Positions 38,904-49,296 are shown, numbered from the stretch's first letter. The stretch: DNA of 64,000 nucleotides from Acidobacteriota bacterium (GCA_963666055.2 CAXWPH010000014.1:288001-352000); one strand, 5' to 3'. Notes: a model not told the origin generated them from the letters alone. Program-made: numbers and translations.

Positions 38904-40478
38904 ATGACTGATTTCCACGACGTGGTGGTGATCGGCGGCGGCCACAACGGCCTCACTGCGGCCGCCTATATGGCTCGCGCCGGGCGTCGGGTGGTCGTTC
39001 TCGAGGCACAGGGAACGTTCGGCGGCACCGCGGCGAGCGTCGAGTTCGCCCCCGGAATACGAGCGCCCATGCTGTTCGCTACCGTCGACATGCTGCATCC
39101 GTCGGTGGTGTCGGACCTCGATTTGACCAAGCACGGCCTGCAGGTGATCTCAGGTGCCGCACGTACCACCGTTCTCGGCGCCTCGGAGCCCCTGCAGATC
39201 GCCGAGGGGGGAGCGTCGCCCCAGCTTTCGGAGGCCGACCTGCGCGCCTATCAGGAGTTCGAGCGCCTGATGTCGCGCATCGCCGGAGCGCTCGAGCCAA
39301 TCATGGGAGGTGCGCTGCCCGAGCTCGAGGCGGCCGGGGTCGGCGCGGTGTTCGAACTGCTGACCCTCGGATGGCGCATGCGCCGTCTCGGCCGGCGCGA
39401 TATGCCGCAGGCCATGCGCCTTCTGCCGATGTCGCTGTGCGACATCGTCCAGGAACGCTTCGACGACGAACGCTTGCGGGCCGCCATCGCCTGGCGTGGG
39501 TTGGCGGCATCCTGGCTCGGCCCATGGTCACCGGGCGGCGGCTACACGCTGCTCTATCACCGGCCCGCCTGGGGTGGACCGATCTTCGGCGCGCCCAGAT
39601 TCGCTGTCGGCGGCACTGGCAGCGTCGCCGCGGCGCTCGAGTCGGCGGCGAAAGCTGCGGGCGCAGAGTTGCGCAGCTCGGCGCGTGTGGCTCGCATCCG
39701 GGTTGACGACGATCGGGCTGTCGGTGTGGTCCTCGAAGACGGCGAGGAGATCCCCTGCCAGGCCATAATGTCGGCGATCGACCCGCGCACCACCCTGACG
39801 GGGTTGCTTGACACCGGATGGCTCGACCCAGAGCATGTCGCCGCCGCACAGAACATACGTATGCGCGGCACGGTCGCGGCTGTGCGCATCGCTGTCGACG
39901 CCTTGCCGCAGGTAGCCGGCCTCGACGAGTCGGCATGGGCGGGACGTGTTCAGATCGGTGACAGCCTCGCATATCTGGAGAAGTCGTTCGACGCAATGAA
40001 GTACGGTCGCCTACCGGAGCGACCGATTGTGGACATCACGGTGCCCAGCCTTTCGGACTCGACCTTGGCGCCGGCGGGAACGCACGTCATGCACGCTTGG
40101 GTGCAGTACGTTCCGCACGCGTTCAGCGACTCGAGCTGGGACTCGAAGCGCGATGAGCTCGGCAAGTCGGTGATCGATACGATTGATAACCATGCGCCGG
40201 GCTTCGCCTCTTCGGTCCAGCATGTCGACGTCACCACGCCGGCCGACCTGGAGGACGAGCTCGGGATCCTGGGCGGGCATCCGTACCACGGGGAGCTGTC
40301 GATGGATCAGCTTCTCTACATGCGGCCCATCGCCGGATGGTACGACCACCGCACTCCGGTCGACGGCCTGTACCTTGGCGGGCCGGGTTGCCACCCGGGC
40401 GGCGGGATTACCGGGATCCCCGGCAAGAACGCCGCGGCGCGCATCGGCGCCGACTGGAAGGGCGGCCGCCTTGGTTAG
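38904..40478 (+). CDS. Phytoene dehydrogenase-like FAD oxidoreductase (COG1233), paralog 2
   Basis: GGGHNGL, GHPYHGEL, HPGGGITGIPG. Confidence 0.88.
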   Translation: MTDFHDVVVIGGGHNGLTAAAYMARAGRRVVVLEAQGTFGGTAASVEFAPGIRAPMLFATVDMLHPSVVSDLDLTKHGLQVISGAARTTVLGASEPLQIAEGGASPQLSEADLRAYQEFERLMSRIAGALEPIMGGALPELEAAGVGAVFELLTLGWRMRRLGRRDMPQAMRLLPMSLCDIVQERFDDERLRAAIAWRGLAASWLGPWSPGGGYTLLYHRPAWGGPIFGAPRFAVGGTGSVAAALESAAKAAGAELRSSARVARIRVDDDRAVGVVLEDGEEIPCQAIMSAIDPRTTLTGLLDTGWLDPEHVAAAQNIRMRGTVAAVRIAVDALPQVAGLDESAWAGRVQIGDSLAYLEKSFDAMKYGRLPERPIVDITVPSLSDSTLAPAGTHVMHAWVQYVPHAFSDSSWDSKRDELGKSVIDTIDNHAPGFASSVQHVDVTTPADLEDELGILGGHPYHGELSMDQLLYMRPIAGWYDHRTPVDGLYLGGPGCHPGGGITGIPGKNAAARIGADWKGGRLG

Positions 40479-40542
40479 CCGGCGGCAGCCCGTACCTAAG
40501 GGCCACGCCGCCTCTCTGAATCGTCGCGTAGGACTCAACCGT

Positions 40543-41307
40543 ATGAGCTCGCGTTCGGCGCCGGCGGGCACGCAATCGGTTCTCCGCGCGGTGCGCCTAC
40601 TCAAGACGCTCAGCGAGCATGGCGAAGAGGATCTTGCCACACTGACCCGGAAAGTCGGCCTCGCTCGCACCACCACGTATCGCCTGCTCGCGGCGCTGGA
40701 AAGTGAAGATCTGGTGACGCGGGAGCCCAGCGGCGCCTACCGACTTGGACCCGGGATGATACAGCTCGCAATGCGAGCAGGCCGCTCCGATCAGCTACGC
40801 ATTCTCGCCCACACTCATCTACAGAGCCTCGCGGCCGACAGTGGCGAGACCGCCACCCTCCATGTCTTGTCGAACGGTAGTATCTTGATCGTAGATCAGG
40901 TAGTCGCGCGCCAGCTCGTCGGCGTGACTCACGAGGTGGGCACTTCGGCGCCACTCCACGCTACCTCCACAGGCAAGGCGTTGCTGGCGGCGCTGAAGCC
41001 TGACGAGCGCGCCGAACTGCTCCCGGGTCGGTTGGCGCGGCTGACCTCCAAGACGGTGACCAGCAAGCGGCGGCTTGACGAGCACCTGAAGCTGGCGCAA
41101 AAGCGTGGCTATGCTACCGCCGTCGACGAACTCGAGGTGGGCTTCAGTGCGGTGGGCGCCGCGATCCTCGATGCCGATGGGCGTCCGTTAGCGGCTATAT
41201 CGATCGGCGGACCGTCCGGGCGGCTCACCGGCAAGGCGCGGAGCCGTGCAGGCGCCGCCGTCCGCGACGCCGCGGCGCTGCTGTCGGCGACGCTGGGTTA
41301 CACCTGA
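40543..41307 (+). CDS. IclR-family transcriptional regulator
   Basis: QSVLRA..LL, TTYRLL..L, GETATL, PLHATSTGKA, AAISIGGP. Confidence 0.93.
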   Translation: MSSRSAPAGTQSVLRAVRLLKTLSEHGEEDLATLTRKVGLARTTTYRLLAALESEDLVTREPSGAYRLGPGMIQLAMRAGRSDQLRILAHTHLQSLAADSGETATLHVLSNGSILIVDQVVARQLVGVTHEVGTSAPLHATSTGKALLAALKPDERAELLPGRLARLTSKTVTSKRRLDEHLKLAQKRGYATAVDELEVGFSAVGAAILDADGRPLAAISIGGPSGRLTGKARSRAGAAVRDAAALLSATLGYT

Positions 41308-41391
41308 GCCGGGGCAGATAACCACTTCATCTTGCCGACTTGCCCGCTCGGTGATGCCGTCGAAGTTCGATCCGAAAGGGAGCAACGAACA

Positions 41392-42078
41392 ATGCATGAA
41401 GTTGTAGGTGCGCATCACGAATTCCATGACGACGAATACGTCGCGGGATGGGCTAACCGCTTCGCACCGACACCCGAACGCCTGGAATTGTTCAATGTCA
41501 TTCTTTCGGAGCTGACATCACGAATCCCACCGAATAGCTGCGTAGTTGAACTCGGGATTGGTCCTGGGTACTTAGCAGATCATCTGCTGAGCGCGATGCC
41601 CTCGATTCAATATTATGGTGTCGATTTTTCCAGTCCGATGCTCGTTGTTGCGCGGCAAAGGCTGATGCCGCATTCAGCTCGAGCCACTCATATTCAGGCT
41701 GATCTCGTAAAGGACAATTGGTGGACTGGCATCCTTACGCCAGTCGATGCCATCGTTTCAACCTGGGCGTTACACGATCTCGGTAGCCAAGAGAACGTCG
41801 AAGTGGTCTATGCGAGCTGGGCGCAGGTACTTCAAGACGGCGGGATGTTGCTGAACGGAGACTTCATCAAGCCTGACAAGGCCATCTACGAATATGAGCC
41901 AGGCAGATTTCAGATAGCAAGACATATCGAAATTCTGCGCCGTGTCGGGTTCAAGAGCGCAGAATGCTTGGTGCTGCTAGAAGAAGAAATCGACTCGCCT
42001 ACGGCGGCGCAGAACTACGCGTGCTTTAAGGGCGTAATGGGCGAACGCACTGAATGCTTCCGTCGAGCCGATCGATGA
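41392..42078 (+). CDS. Class I SAM-dependent methyltransferase
   Basis: VELGIGPG, GVDFS..ML; lower GC than its neighbours. Confidence 0.82.
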   Translation: MHEVVGAHHEFHDDEYVAGWANRFAPTPERLELFNVILSELTSRIPPNSCVVELGIGPGYLADHLLSAMPSIQYYGVDFSSPMLVVARQRLMPHSARATHIQADLVKDNWWTGILTPVDAIVSTWALHDLGSQENVEVVYASWAQVLQDGGMLLNGDFIKPDKAIYEYEPGRFQIARHIEILRRVGFKSAECLVLLEEEIDSPTAAQNYACFKGVMGERTECFRRADR

Positions 42079-42137
42079 GAGCAGGAAGGCCTCGTGCCCG
42101 CTATGCATCTATGCGGGCAGCACCGCGGCCCTCAGTG

Positions 42138-42298
42138 GGCACTGTCAACTTCATCGCCCGAGCCTTCCGCCCGGTGACTCCCGCATCCGGAGAGACAGCT
42201 TCTCAGGGGGCGGTGGCCCTGTGCGCGGCCCCATAGCTTCCGAGCTTGTGGGTGATCAACCATCGAGGTTCGTTCCCCTGCCCTTTCAGCAACTTGCC
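42138..42298 (-). mobile_element. IS6 remnant (IR plus transposase fragment)
   Basis: IR GGCACTGTCAACT at 42138; KLLKGQGNEPRWLITHKLGSYGAAHR matches the IS6 DDE segment P..ITDKL.SYGAA. Confidence 0.75.
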
Positions 42299-43126
42299 GA
42301 GATCGCCCGCTGTGTGGTAGCGACGGTTCACGTCCTTCGCCAGCGCCTTGTCAATGATCCATTCGAGCTTCAATGGCAGATCATCACGGATCTCGCGAAC
42401 CGCCTGCGGGGTCTTGCTGATGATCCGGCTGAGAGTCTCGTGAATGTTGCCGCCCGCAAACGCCCGCCGTCCCGTGACCATCTCGTAGAACACCGCACCA
42501 AAGGCAAACAGGTCCGCCCGATGGTCGATCTTGTCAGAGCCCTCCACCTGCTCCGGGGCCATGTAGCCAGCAGTGCCCATCACCTGACCCGCGACTGTCC
42601 CCATCATCGTGGGTGATTGCGTTGCACCGCCAGGTGAGCCCGTAACCGCCACCTCGGTCAGCTTCGCCAGACCGAAGTCCAGCACCTTGGCGTGGCGCTC
42701 CTTGGTGACGAAGATGTTCTCCGGTTTCAGATCCCGGTGGATGATCCCGGCGGCGTGAGCTGCTGCCAATGCCTCGGCGATCTCGGTGGCCAAGCCGAGC
42801 GCCTTCTTAAGCGGCAGCGCGCCCTTGCTCAGTGGCTCCCGCAGCGTGTCTCCCTCCAGGTACTCCTGCACCATGAAATGGGTGCCGTCCTCGGTGCCGA
42901 TATCGTGAACGACAGCGATGTGCGGGTGGTTGAGGGCGGCGGCAGCACGGGCCTCCTGCTCGAAGCGGGCCAGGCGCTCGGGATCAGAGGCAAACTCATC
43001 GGGTAGCACCTTGATGGCCACCTTGCGGCCCAGGCGAGTGTCCTCGCCGAGGTACACCTCTCCCATGCCGCCCGCACCGAGCGGCTCGATGATCTTGAAG
43101 TGGCCTAGTTTGGTGCCGGGGTCCAT
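42299..43126 (-). pseudogene. Ser/Thr kinase, C-terminal sensor part lost at the IS6 remnant
   Basis: Complete kinase domain ([25 protein letters not shown]) reading into IS6 sequence. Confidence 0.85.
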
Positions 43127-43391
43127 AGCGCTACCAGAGGCAGGTGGAGGAGCGCCTGAAGCCTATCGCCAGAGCACGCAGGGTTCCACGGGACGAGAGT
43201 CCTGTCCGCCACTCCGGCAAGCGTCGCTCGGCTACATCTGAGCGGGCGCAGATACCACTGCATCTTGCCGACGCGCCGCCGTGTACGCGAAGCTTTTGTA
43301 TGGCGCGGATGCCGTGGCGACAACAATCAAGCGTGGTACCAAGCGAGCGGTACGCATTGAAGGCACTGCCAACGAAGCCACGCGGCGGTCC

Positions 43392-43583
43392 CTAGCCATC
43401 GTCGAGGAAGGCCAACACCGCAGATGGCCCCAAATCGCCGTAACCCTTCGGGCGACCGGGGGTTGCGCGCGTATCCTGCGTCGTTCCTCGTCAACGATGG
43501 GGTAACCATCGCCTCCTCCTCTCTCCTTGCCTGCGCCTCGCAAGACCCTGTCGCCAGGCCCACCACACTTTCACCACGGCCTG
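43392..43583 (-). mobile_element. MITE copy 3, truncated at an internal CTAG
   Basis: Matches copy 2 from its internal CTAG to the TIR; CTAG at 43584-43587. Confidence 0.88.
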
Positions 43584-45857
43584 CTAGTGGCCTTCCACCA
43601 CGCGCAGCGGCATCAGCCGGACCGCCTGGCCATCGGGGGTCGTATCCACTACTTGCAGCTCGACCAGGTACTCGCCGGGGGCGAGATACGGCAGCCGCAG
43701 AAGCCCGCCGTATACGCCCGGACCCTCGGACCGCAATGGTTGGGGCGGTACCCAGGCGATGGTGTTTCGTGTGGTCTCTTGGAAGATCAAGGCAGAAACG
43801 TAGGGGTCCGTCGCGCCGCTAACCTGAACGCTCGCGAAGATCTGGAAGCCCTCGGATACGCCCTGGTCTAGCAGCGGTCTGAACGCGGCATCGGCCTCCA
43901 GTACGCCGAGCATCGGATCCGCCATCGTCCACCCGTCGCTGGACGGAACCTGCACCTGCAGCCTCGACGTGCCGAATCGGTCACCGCCGTCTTCAGCGAT
44001 CAGCAGCCGGATATCGTAGGTTCCTGGCTCGACTGACCACTCCGTCGTGTATCGCATGTGCTGGAACGGTGCAACCGGTGCGTACGCTGCCAGATCGGTG
44101 TGTGGCAGAACCGTCGCGTGAGTCTCGCCGCTGATCTCGCCCGCACGATCCAACGCGATGGCATGCACCTGGAAGTACGGGATGCCGAGCACGTCGACCA
44201 GCTCCTCGCGGTTATCCGCGGCGGGACCGATCCCCTCGAAGGCGGGCGCCCAGGTACCGGCGATCGTCTCCGCGGGCCGCGGCAACCCGACAACCAGTAG
44301 GATCTTGGGCGAGCCGTCGGGCTCAAAGCGGTGGAACGCGGCGGCGGGCACCGGGCGTCCCATGACTGAGCCCGGCAGCGCCAATGCTGCGGCCACCTTG
44401 CGAGCCCTGAGCTCCGAATCCGGCAGCTCTCGATAGCCTGACCGGGCTCGAACCTCCGCCTCCGGGTAGCTAACCTGCACCTCGATCTCGTGGTACTCGC
44501 CATCCTCGTGTGGCGCCGGTGGCTCATAGAAGATCAAGTAGAATTGCGTCGCGTCGTTGTACTGCTCCTCCAACGCCCGGTCGAGATCGCTCCAGCCGAT
44601 GAACGACCGGCCGCCGGTCTTCGCAGCCAGGTCCACGAGCGGTACGGTGAGATCGCGATAGGCTGGCCGCACGTGGCGTCGCAGTGCCTTGGAGACCACG
44701 CCAGTGCCGATGGAGGCACTCTTGCCGAGGCTGTTGAGCTCCGAGGTCGGGCGCGGATCGACCGTGTAAATGCTCACGTTGCCCGTGTTCGCGGTTTCGT
44801 ACACCTCGTCCATCAAGTCGAGGACGCGCTGGCTCAGTGCCGACCTTTCAACAGTCGAAGTCCCCGTCGGAGCGTTGACTGCCTCACGCACCGCTGTTGC
44901 GAAAGCCGAGTAGGGGCCCCCCTCGGTGATCATCGCACCGGAGGAGATCCACACCAGGGCAGTGCGGCCTTCCATTGCCGACAAGGCGTTGATGAAGTGA
45001 AGAAGAGTCCGAAGTGTCTGCTCGGCGCGCCGGCGCTCGCGCTCGCCATCTAACCTGGCCTTTCGCTCGAGGTTGTCGAGAAGCTGGAGCAGCATGACCG
45101 GGGTCAAAGCGGCGCGACGCAGCGCCCCCGGCGAATTCGCCGCGTCGATCGCCAACTGCATGAATGGCTCATACTCCTGCTCCATGCGGCTAAAGATAGA
45201 CATGCTCGTCAGCCCCGCCGCCGCCACCGACGCCGCCGCGTTGCGAAGCACTTCACGATCGGTCGTCAGTGGGGCCATCTCCTGCACTGTGCCGGTGTTG
45301 TCGATCAGGAACACGCTGCGCGGCACCTCCAGGTCACCCTCCCCTTCGAAGAAACTCCCGAGAGTCTTGATAAGCCGAGGGTTGTTCCTTCGATCCAGGC
45401 TCGGCAGGTCGACCAGGTAGACCACAGCCCCGAGACTTGCAGGGCTTCGCCGGACGGGTGTGGGCTCCGCTGGCACAGCGAGCGATTCCGCGCGCGCCGT
45501 GACCGTTTCGTCGTGAGAGGCCACGTTGGTGACCTGTCCCCTTGTCAGGCTGACGAGCTGGACGTTCAAGATCTCCTGCTCGAGCCCATCCTCGAAGATC
45601 CGGAAGTCGTCCGCCTTCAAGTCGTGGATGAAGTTGCCGTCCTTATCGGCAACGATGGCGTCGACACGCACGCGCCTGACCGCCGACCGGAACATCGGCG
45701 TCTGCGCCGGCAGCGCCTCCTGAGCCAGCATCACGAAAGACGCCGCACTCCAGCTCGCGCCGGCCACCGCGACGGCACTCGCAACCGGTAGTCCGGTGAC
45801 GGTCAACGCCAGGACGAGGCCGATGAACCGAATTGCGTGCTCACGCTCTTTCACCAA
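43584..45857 (-). CDS. VWFA-related acidobacterial-type secreted protein
   Basis: FRS.V..V.VDAIV.DKDG..I.DL...DF.IFEDG..Q.I, GRTALVWISSG, SIYTVDPR, LA..TGG, DG.YHEIEV.V. Confidence 0.85.
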   Translation of the reverse strand: MVKEREHAIRFIGLVLALTVTGLPVASAVAVAGASWSAASFVMLAQEALPAQTPMFRSAVRRVRVDAIVADKDGNFIHDLKADDFRIFEDGLEQEILNVQLVSLTRGQVTNVASHDETVTARAESLAVPAEPTPVRRSPASLGAVVYLVDLPSLDRRNNPRLIKTLGSFFEGEGDLEVPRSVFLIDNTGTVQEMAPLTTDREVLRNAAASVAAAGLTSMSIFSRMEQEYEPFMQLAIDAANSPGALRRAALTPVMLLQLLDNLERKARLDGERERRRAEQTLRTLLHFINALSAMEGRTALVWISSGAMITEGGPYSAFATAVREAVNAPTGTSTVERSALSQRVLDLMDEVYETANTGNVSIYTVDPRPTSELNSLGKSASIGTGVVSKALRRHVRPAYRDLTVPLVDLAAKTGGRSFIGWSDLDRALEEQYNDATQFYLIFYEPPAPHEDGEYHEIEVQVSYPEAEVRARSGYRELPDSELRARKVAAALALPGSVMGRPVPAAAFHRFEPDGSPKILLVVGLPRPAETIAGTWAPAFEGIGPAADNREELVDVLGIPYFQVHAIALDRAGEISGETHATVLPHTDLAAYAPVAPFQHMRYTTEWSVEPGTYDIRLLIAEDGGDRFGTSRLQVQVPSSDGWTMADPMLGVLEADAAFRPLLDQGVSEGFQIFASVQVSGATDPYVSALIFQETTRNTIAWVPPQPLRSEGPGVYGGLLRLPYLAPGEYLVELQVVDTTPDGQAVRLMPLRVVEGH

Positions 45858-45888
45858 AGATCTCCTGCGCCCAAGGGCACCTCACACA

Positions 45889-46011
45889 TCACCGCAAACC
45901 TACCTGCCGGCGTCCCAGGCGCGTGTCCTGTGCCAGGTACACCTCACCCATGCCGCCAGCACCGAGCTGCTCGGTGATCTCGTAGGAGCCTAGTCTGGTT
46001 CCGGGCTCCAT
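45889..46011 (-). pseudogene. N-terminal stub of a second Ser/Thr kinase
   Basis: [34 protein letters not shown] then a stop; upstream 21-mer identical to that of the 43126 kinase. Confidence 0.85.
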
Positions 46012-46244
46012 GGCGCTCTAGGAAGGAGGTAGGTGAGCGCCTGAAGCCTATCGCCGGGGCGGGCGAGGGTCCACGGAAAGTGCCGTTTCGTGAGACTGAG
46101 CTACGACGCTACCGATCCATCGGCAGATCCCTGTACGAATGAATGACGCTGGCGCTTCCCGTGAAGCAGGGAGCGTCGAGACTGCGGGGCCCGTTCCCGA
46201 GAGGAGCCGAATCGCGGCATGTACGTGGCATTTCGGTCAGACGC

Positions 46245-46301
46245 AGTAAGTCCCGGTGACCAGCACGGGGAATGTAAGTTGCTGAGCCACCGGGACTTAC
46301 T
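46245..46301 (-). terminator. Hairpin downstream of the tRNA (terminator or att-associated)
   Basis: Perfect 14-bp inverted repeat AGTAAGTCCCGGTG/CACCGGGACTTACT. Confidence 0.55.
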
Positions 46302-46305
46302 TCAG

Positions 46306-46379
<74 letters not shown>

Positions 46380-46391
46380 TCCAGGAAAAAG

Positions 46392-46420
46392 ACGGTACGA
46401 CAGGCTCCAGGGGTCGTCAA
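46392..46420 (-). promoter_or_regulatory. Sigma70-type tRNA promoter
   Basis: TTGACG-N17-TACCGT just upstream of the tRNA. Confidence 0.65.
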
Positions 46421-47349
46421 GCGCGCTGCCGGGACAGCTCGATGAGCGGAAACCCAGCGCGGGCGCGGCGGCGCAGCAAACGTGCCTTGAGGGTGGCCAC
46501 GGCGGCGCGCCAGGCGGCTGGTGGGCGGACCAGGTGGACGGCTAGATGCAGCTGTTCGCTGATCCGCGCCAGCCGCGCCGGGGTCAGGAAACCGATGCCG
46601 CCGAACCAGTCCGTATCGTGGCCGGAGCTGCGCATGGCGCGGCGCTGTTCCTCGAGCATCTGCTCGCCGTCGTGTTCACGATGGTAGTAGGGCGTATCCA
46701 TGACAACCAGGCTGCCGCTCGGGCGGAGCACTCGGAGCGCTTCCGAGAACGTGTCTCGAAGGGCAGTGGAGTAGTGGATGCTGCCATTGAAGATCAGCAT
46801 GTCGGCGTCACTGTCGGCGAACGGCAGGCGATCGAAGCCCGCCTGGATGGTCAAGATCGAGCCGGGTTCGGCGTAGCGTGCGAGAGCGCCGAGGCCGTCG
46901 CGTTCATCGACATTGACATCGACGGCGGCGATTCGATGACCACTACACGCGAGGCGGTGACTGAGCCAGCCATTACCCGCGCCCACGTCGACAATGCGGA
47001 GGGCGGCCGTACGCGACATCGGGCCGACGATGCACCGCTCCAGGCATTGGTAGCTCTGAGCCCGAATTCTCCATACTTCGGGGTAACGGCCGGAGCGATC
47101 CTCGAACGGCAACGCGCGGTAGAACTCGGCGTCGTCGCTGCCCCAGCCCTCGGCCTCGCGCACCCGCTCGTAGTGATCCAGGAAAGCCTGGTGGGCGATG
47201 CTGTCAGCATCACGCAGGAGCCGCCAGATTCCCGCCTCGGCGTTCCACACACGGTTTTCACTCGAGCAACGGCGGGCGTCGCCGACCGACTCCTCGAGGG
47301 GGCCACGGCACTCCGGACAGATGAGCCGAAATACCGGGGTTGCGGGCAC
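46417..47349 (-). CDS. Class I SAM methyltransferase with N-terminal CxxC (Trm112-like) finger
   Basis: LICPECRGPL; DVGAGNGWLS; LPF, EALRVLRP.G. Confidence 0.88.
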   Translation of the reverse strand: MPATPVFRLICPECRGPLEESVGDARRCSSENRVWNAEAGIWRLLRDADSIAHQAFLDHYERVREAEGWGSDDAEFYRALPFEDRSGRYPEVWRIRAQSYQCLERCIVGPMSRTAALRIVDVGAGNGWLSHRLACSGHRIAAVDVNVDERDGLGALARYAEPGSILTIQAGFDRLPFADSDADMLIFNGSIHYSTALRDTFSEALRVLRPSGSLVVMDTPYYHREHDGEQMLEEQRRAMRSSGHDTDWFGGIGFLTPARLARISEQLHLAVHLVRPPAAWRAAVATLKARLLRRRARAGFPLIELSRQRA

Positions 47350-47410
47350 GCCGACAGCCTAGCAGAGCCGCCCCGAGGATCACCCCGGCGATGCTGGTAC
47401 GCTACATCCC

Positions 47411-47908
47411 ATGGTCGAGGCGGAGGCACGAATCAAGCGCTGGCTCTCGGTACCGGGGAGCTCGGCCGCGTTGCAGCCGATCGTGCGGAACATGGCACGT
47501 CTGTTCGCGCCGCGTCACCGGATCGGTGTGTTCGTCGCTACCTTCGACAACGACGACCGCGTGCTCCTGCTGCGGCACGTACTGCATCCGGCGGCTCCCT
47601 GGGGTCTGCCTGGCGGCTGGCTGGCGCGGCATGAGCGGCCGCAGGACGGAGCCCGGCGCGAGTTCCTTGAGGAGACCGGGCTCGACGTCGAAATCGGAGA
47701 GATAGCTCAGCTCGAGATCGAGAGCGAGCCCGAACACGTAACGATCGTATTTCTGGGCCGGGTGCTCGCCGGTGACGTTCGGCTCGGCGCCGAGATTACC
47801 GACCATGGGTGGTTCGACGAGGGAGAGTTACCGACCGGCACGCCGCCATTCTTCAGGGCCGCGATTCGGCATGCGGCGCAACGGGCGCGCGAGGTCGATC
47901 CGCGATGA
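47411..47908 (+). CDS. NUDIX hydrolase
   Basis: WGLPGG.....E.P..GARREFLEETG. Confidence 0.9.
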   Translation: MVEAEARIKRWLSVPGSSAALQPIVRNMARLFAPRHRIGVFVATFDNDDRVLLLRHVLHPAAPWGLPGGWLARHERPQDGARREFLEETGLDVEIGEIAQLEIESEPEHVTIVFLGRVLAGDVRLGAEITDHGWFDEGELPTGTPPFFRAAIRHAAQRAREVDPR

Positions 47909-49041
47909 CGCTCCGCGTTGGCATCGATGCACGGTTCGTCGATCCGGCCTACCCGGGGATAGGGCGTTACGTGTCTAATCTGATTCCCGCGCTAACTCGC
48001 CAGGCCGGCATCGGTCGAGTATGCGTCTTCCACCGCACCGAGCAACCACTCGACCCCCTGGCGCGCGGAGCACGCCCAGATACCTTGCTCTGGATAAGGG
48101 TGCGGGCGCGGGTGCGATCGCTGGCTGAGCAGCTCGAGCTGCCGCGTCTGGCACAGCGCCACCGACTCGACGTGTTCCACGCGCCCTACGTGCTAGCGCC
48201 CATGCGCCTCCCCTGCCCCATGGTGGTGAACGTTTACGACCTGATTCCGCTCCGCCCCGACGGCGGCCTGTCGACGCCGAGAAGAGCGGCCTTCCGGCAG
48301 CTGGTTCGGCTGGCAATGCGGCGCGCCGACGTCGTGGTGGCGCTGTCGGAAGCGGCTCGGGCGCAGATCAACGCCACGTTTCCGCGTGCTCCAACACCGA
48401 TCCATGTAACACCGGCAGCGGCGGGCGAAGAGTTCCGGCCGATCGGCGCCGCTGCGAGCCGCGCGGCGCTCGCCGGGCTGAGCCTTCCCGAGAGCTACCT
48501 GCTCTACGTTGGTGCTCGGCGACCCCACAAGAACCTGGCCCGGCTGCTGGAAGCCTGGGGACGGCTTGGAGACGACAGGCAAGGGGCGCAGTTGCTGCTC
48601 GCCGGCGCCACCGGTGGCGATGAGATGCCGAGCTCCTCCGCGGCGGCGAGTCGTGAGCTCGACAACGTGCGGATCCTCGGTCGTATTCCCAACGCCGTAT
48701 TGCCACCCTTGTACTCGCGAGCCCAGGGGTACGTGCAACCGTCCATCGAGGAAGGATTCGGGTTTACAGTGCTCGAGGCGATGGCCTGCGGTGTCCCCGT
48801 CGCCTGCTCGGCAACGGCCGGCCTCCGCGAGCTCACAGGCTCGGCAGCGATCCACTTCGATCCGTTCAACACGGGCTCCATCGCTGCCGCCCTTCGACAC
48901 CTGCTTGCCGACGAGCGCGGCCGCGCCGATCGAATCCGCGCCGGTCTGTGGCGCGCCGCCGAGCTCGATTGGAACCATACCGCCGCCTCCACGGTCGAGA
49001 TCTACCGGGATATCGCCCGACCGGCGGCACGGGTGGCGTAA
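47905..49041 (+). CDS. GT4 glycosyltransferase (mannosyltransferase-like)
   Basis: IDAR, GIGRY, PHKNL, EGFG..VLEAMACG.PV. Confidence 0.92.
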   Translation: MTLRVGIDARFVDPAYPGIGRYVSNLIPALTRQAGIGRVCVFHRTEQPLDPLARGARPDTLLWIRVRARVRSLAEQLELPRLAQRHRLDVFHAPYVLAPMRLPCPMVVNVYDLIPLRPDGGLSTPRRAAFRQLVRLAMRRADVVVALSEAARAQINATFPRAPTPIHVTPAAAGEEFRPIGAAASRAALAGLSLPESYLLYVGARRPHKNLARLLEAWGRLGDDRQGAQLLLAGATGGDEMPSSSAAASRELDNVRILGRIPNAVLPPLYSRAQGYVQPSIEEGFGFTVLEAMACGVPVACSATAGLRELTGSAAIHFDPFNTGSIAAALRHLLADERGRADRIRAGLWRAAELDWNHTAASTVEIYRDIARPAARVA

Positions 49042-49046
49042 GTCGG

Positions 49047-49072
49047 ATGCGGGTTCTGCACGTGTACAAGGA
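49047..49072 (+). other. Displaced original 5' end of the GT4 gene at 56240 (attL-like)
   Basis: ATG CGG GTT CTG CAC GTG TAC AAG GA = MRVLHVYKD, 5 nt after the upstream GT stop. Confidence 0.85.
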
Positions 49073-49296
49073 TCTAACCGCCTAGTTGTCGTCGCCCGCT
49101 TCTCCGTTGGTCTCGGGCAGCAGCGACACCTGCCCGTCATTCTCGGGTCTACGTGTGTGGTCGTGGACTGTGATGATCTCGTTTCGCTTGTCTAGGCTGC
49201 CATCGCGTAATCGGCGCACGATGCTACGCAGTTCAAGGCTGAGCAGTCCGCCTGCTCCCCTACCCCGTCCGCCCACAGCAAGCCGGAGAGACGAAC

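Noticed and set aside
37307-40478. Carotenoid biosynthesis (crtI)
   Set aside because: No crtB/crtE nearby; the GcvT/IclR/OCD context points to catabolism.
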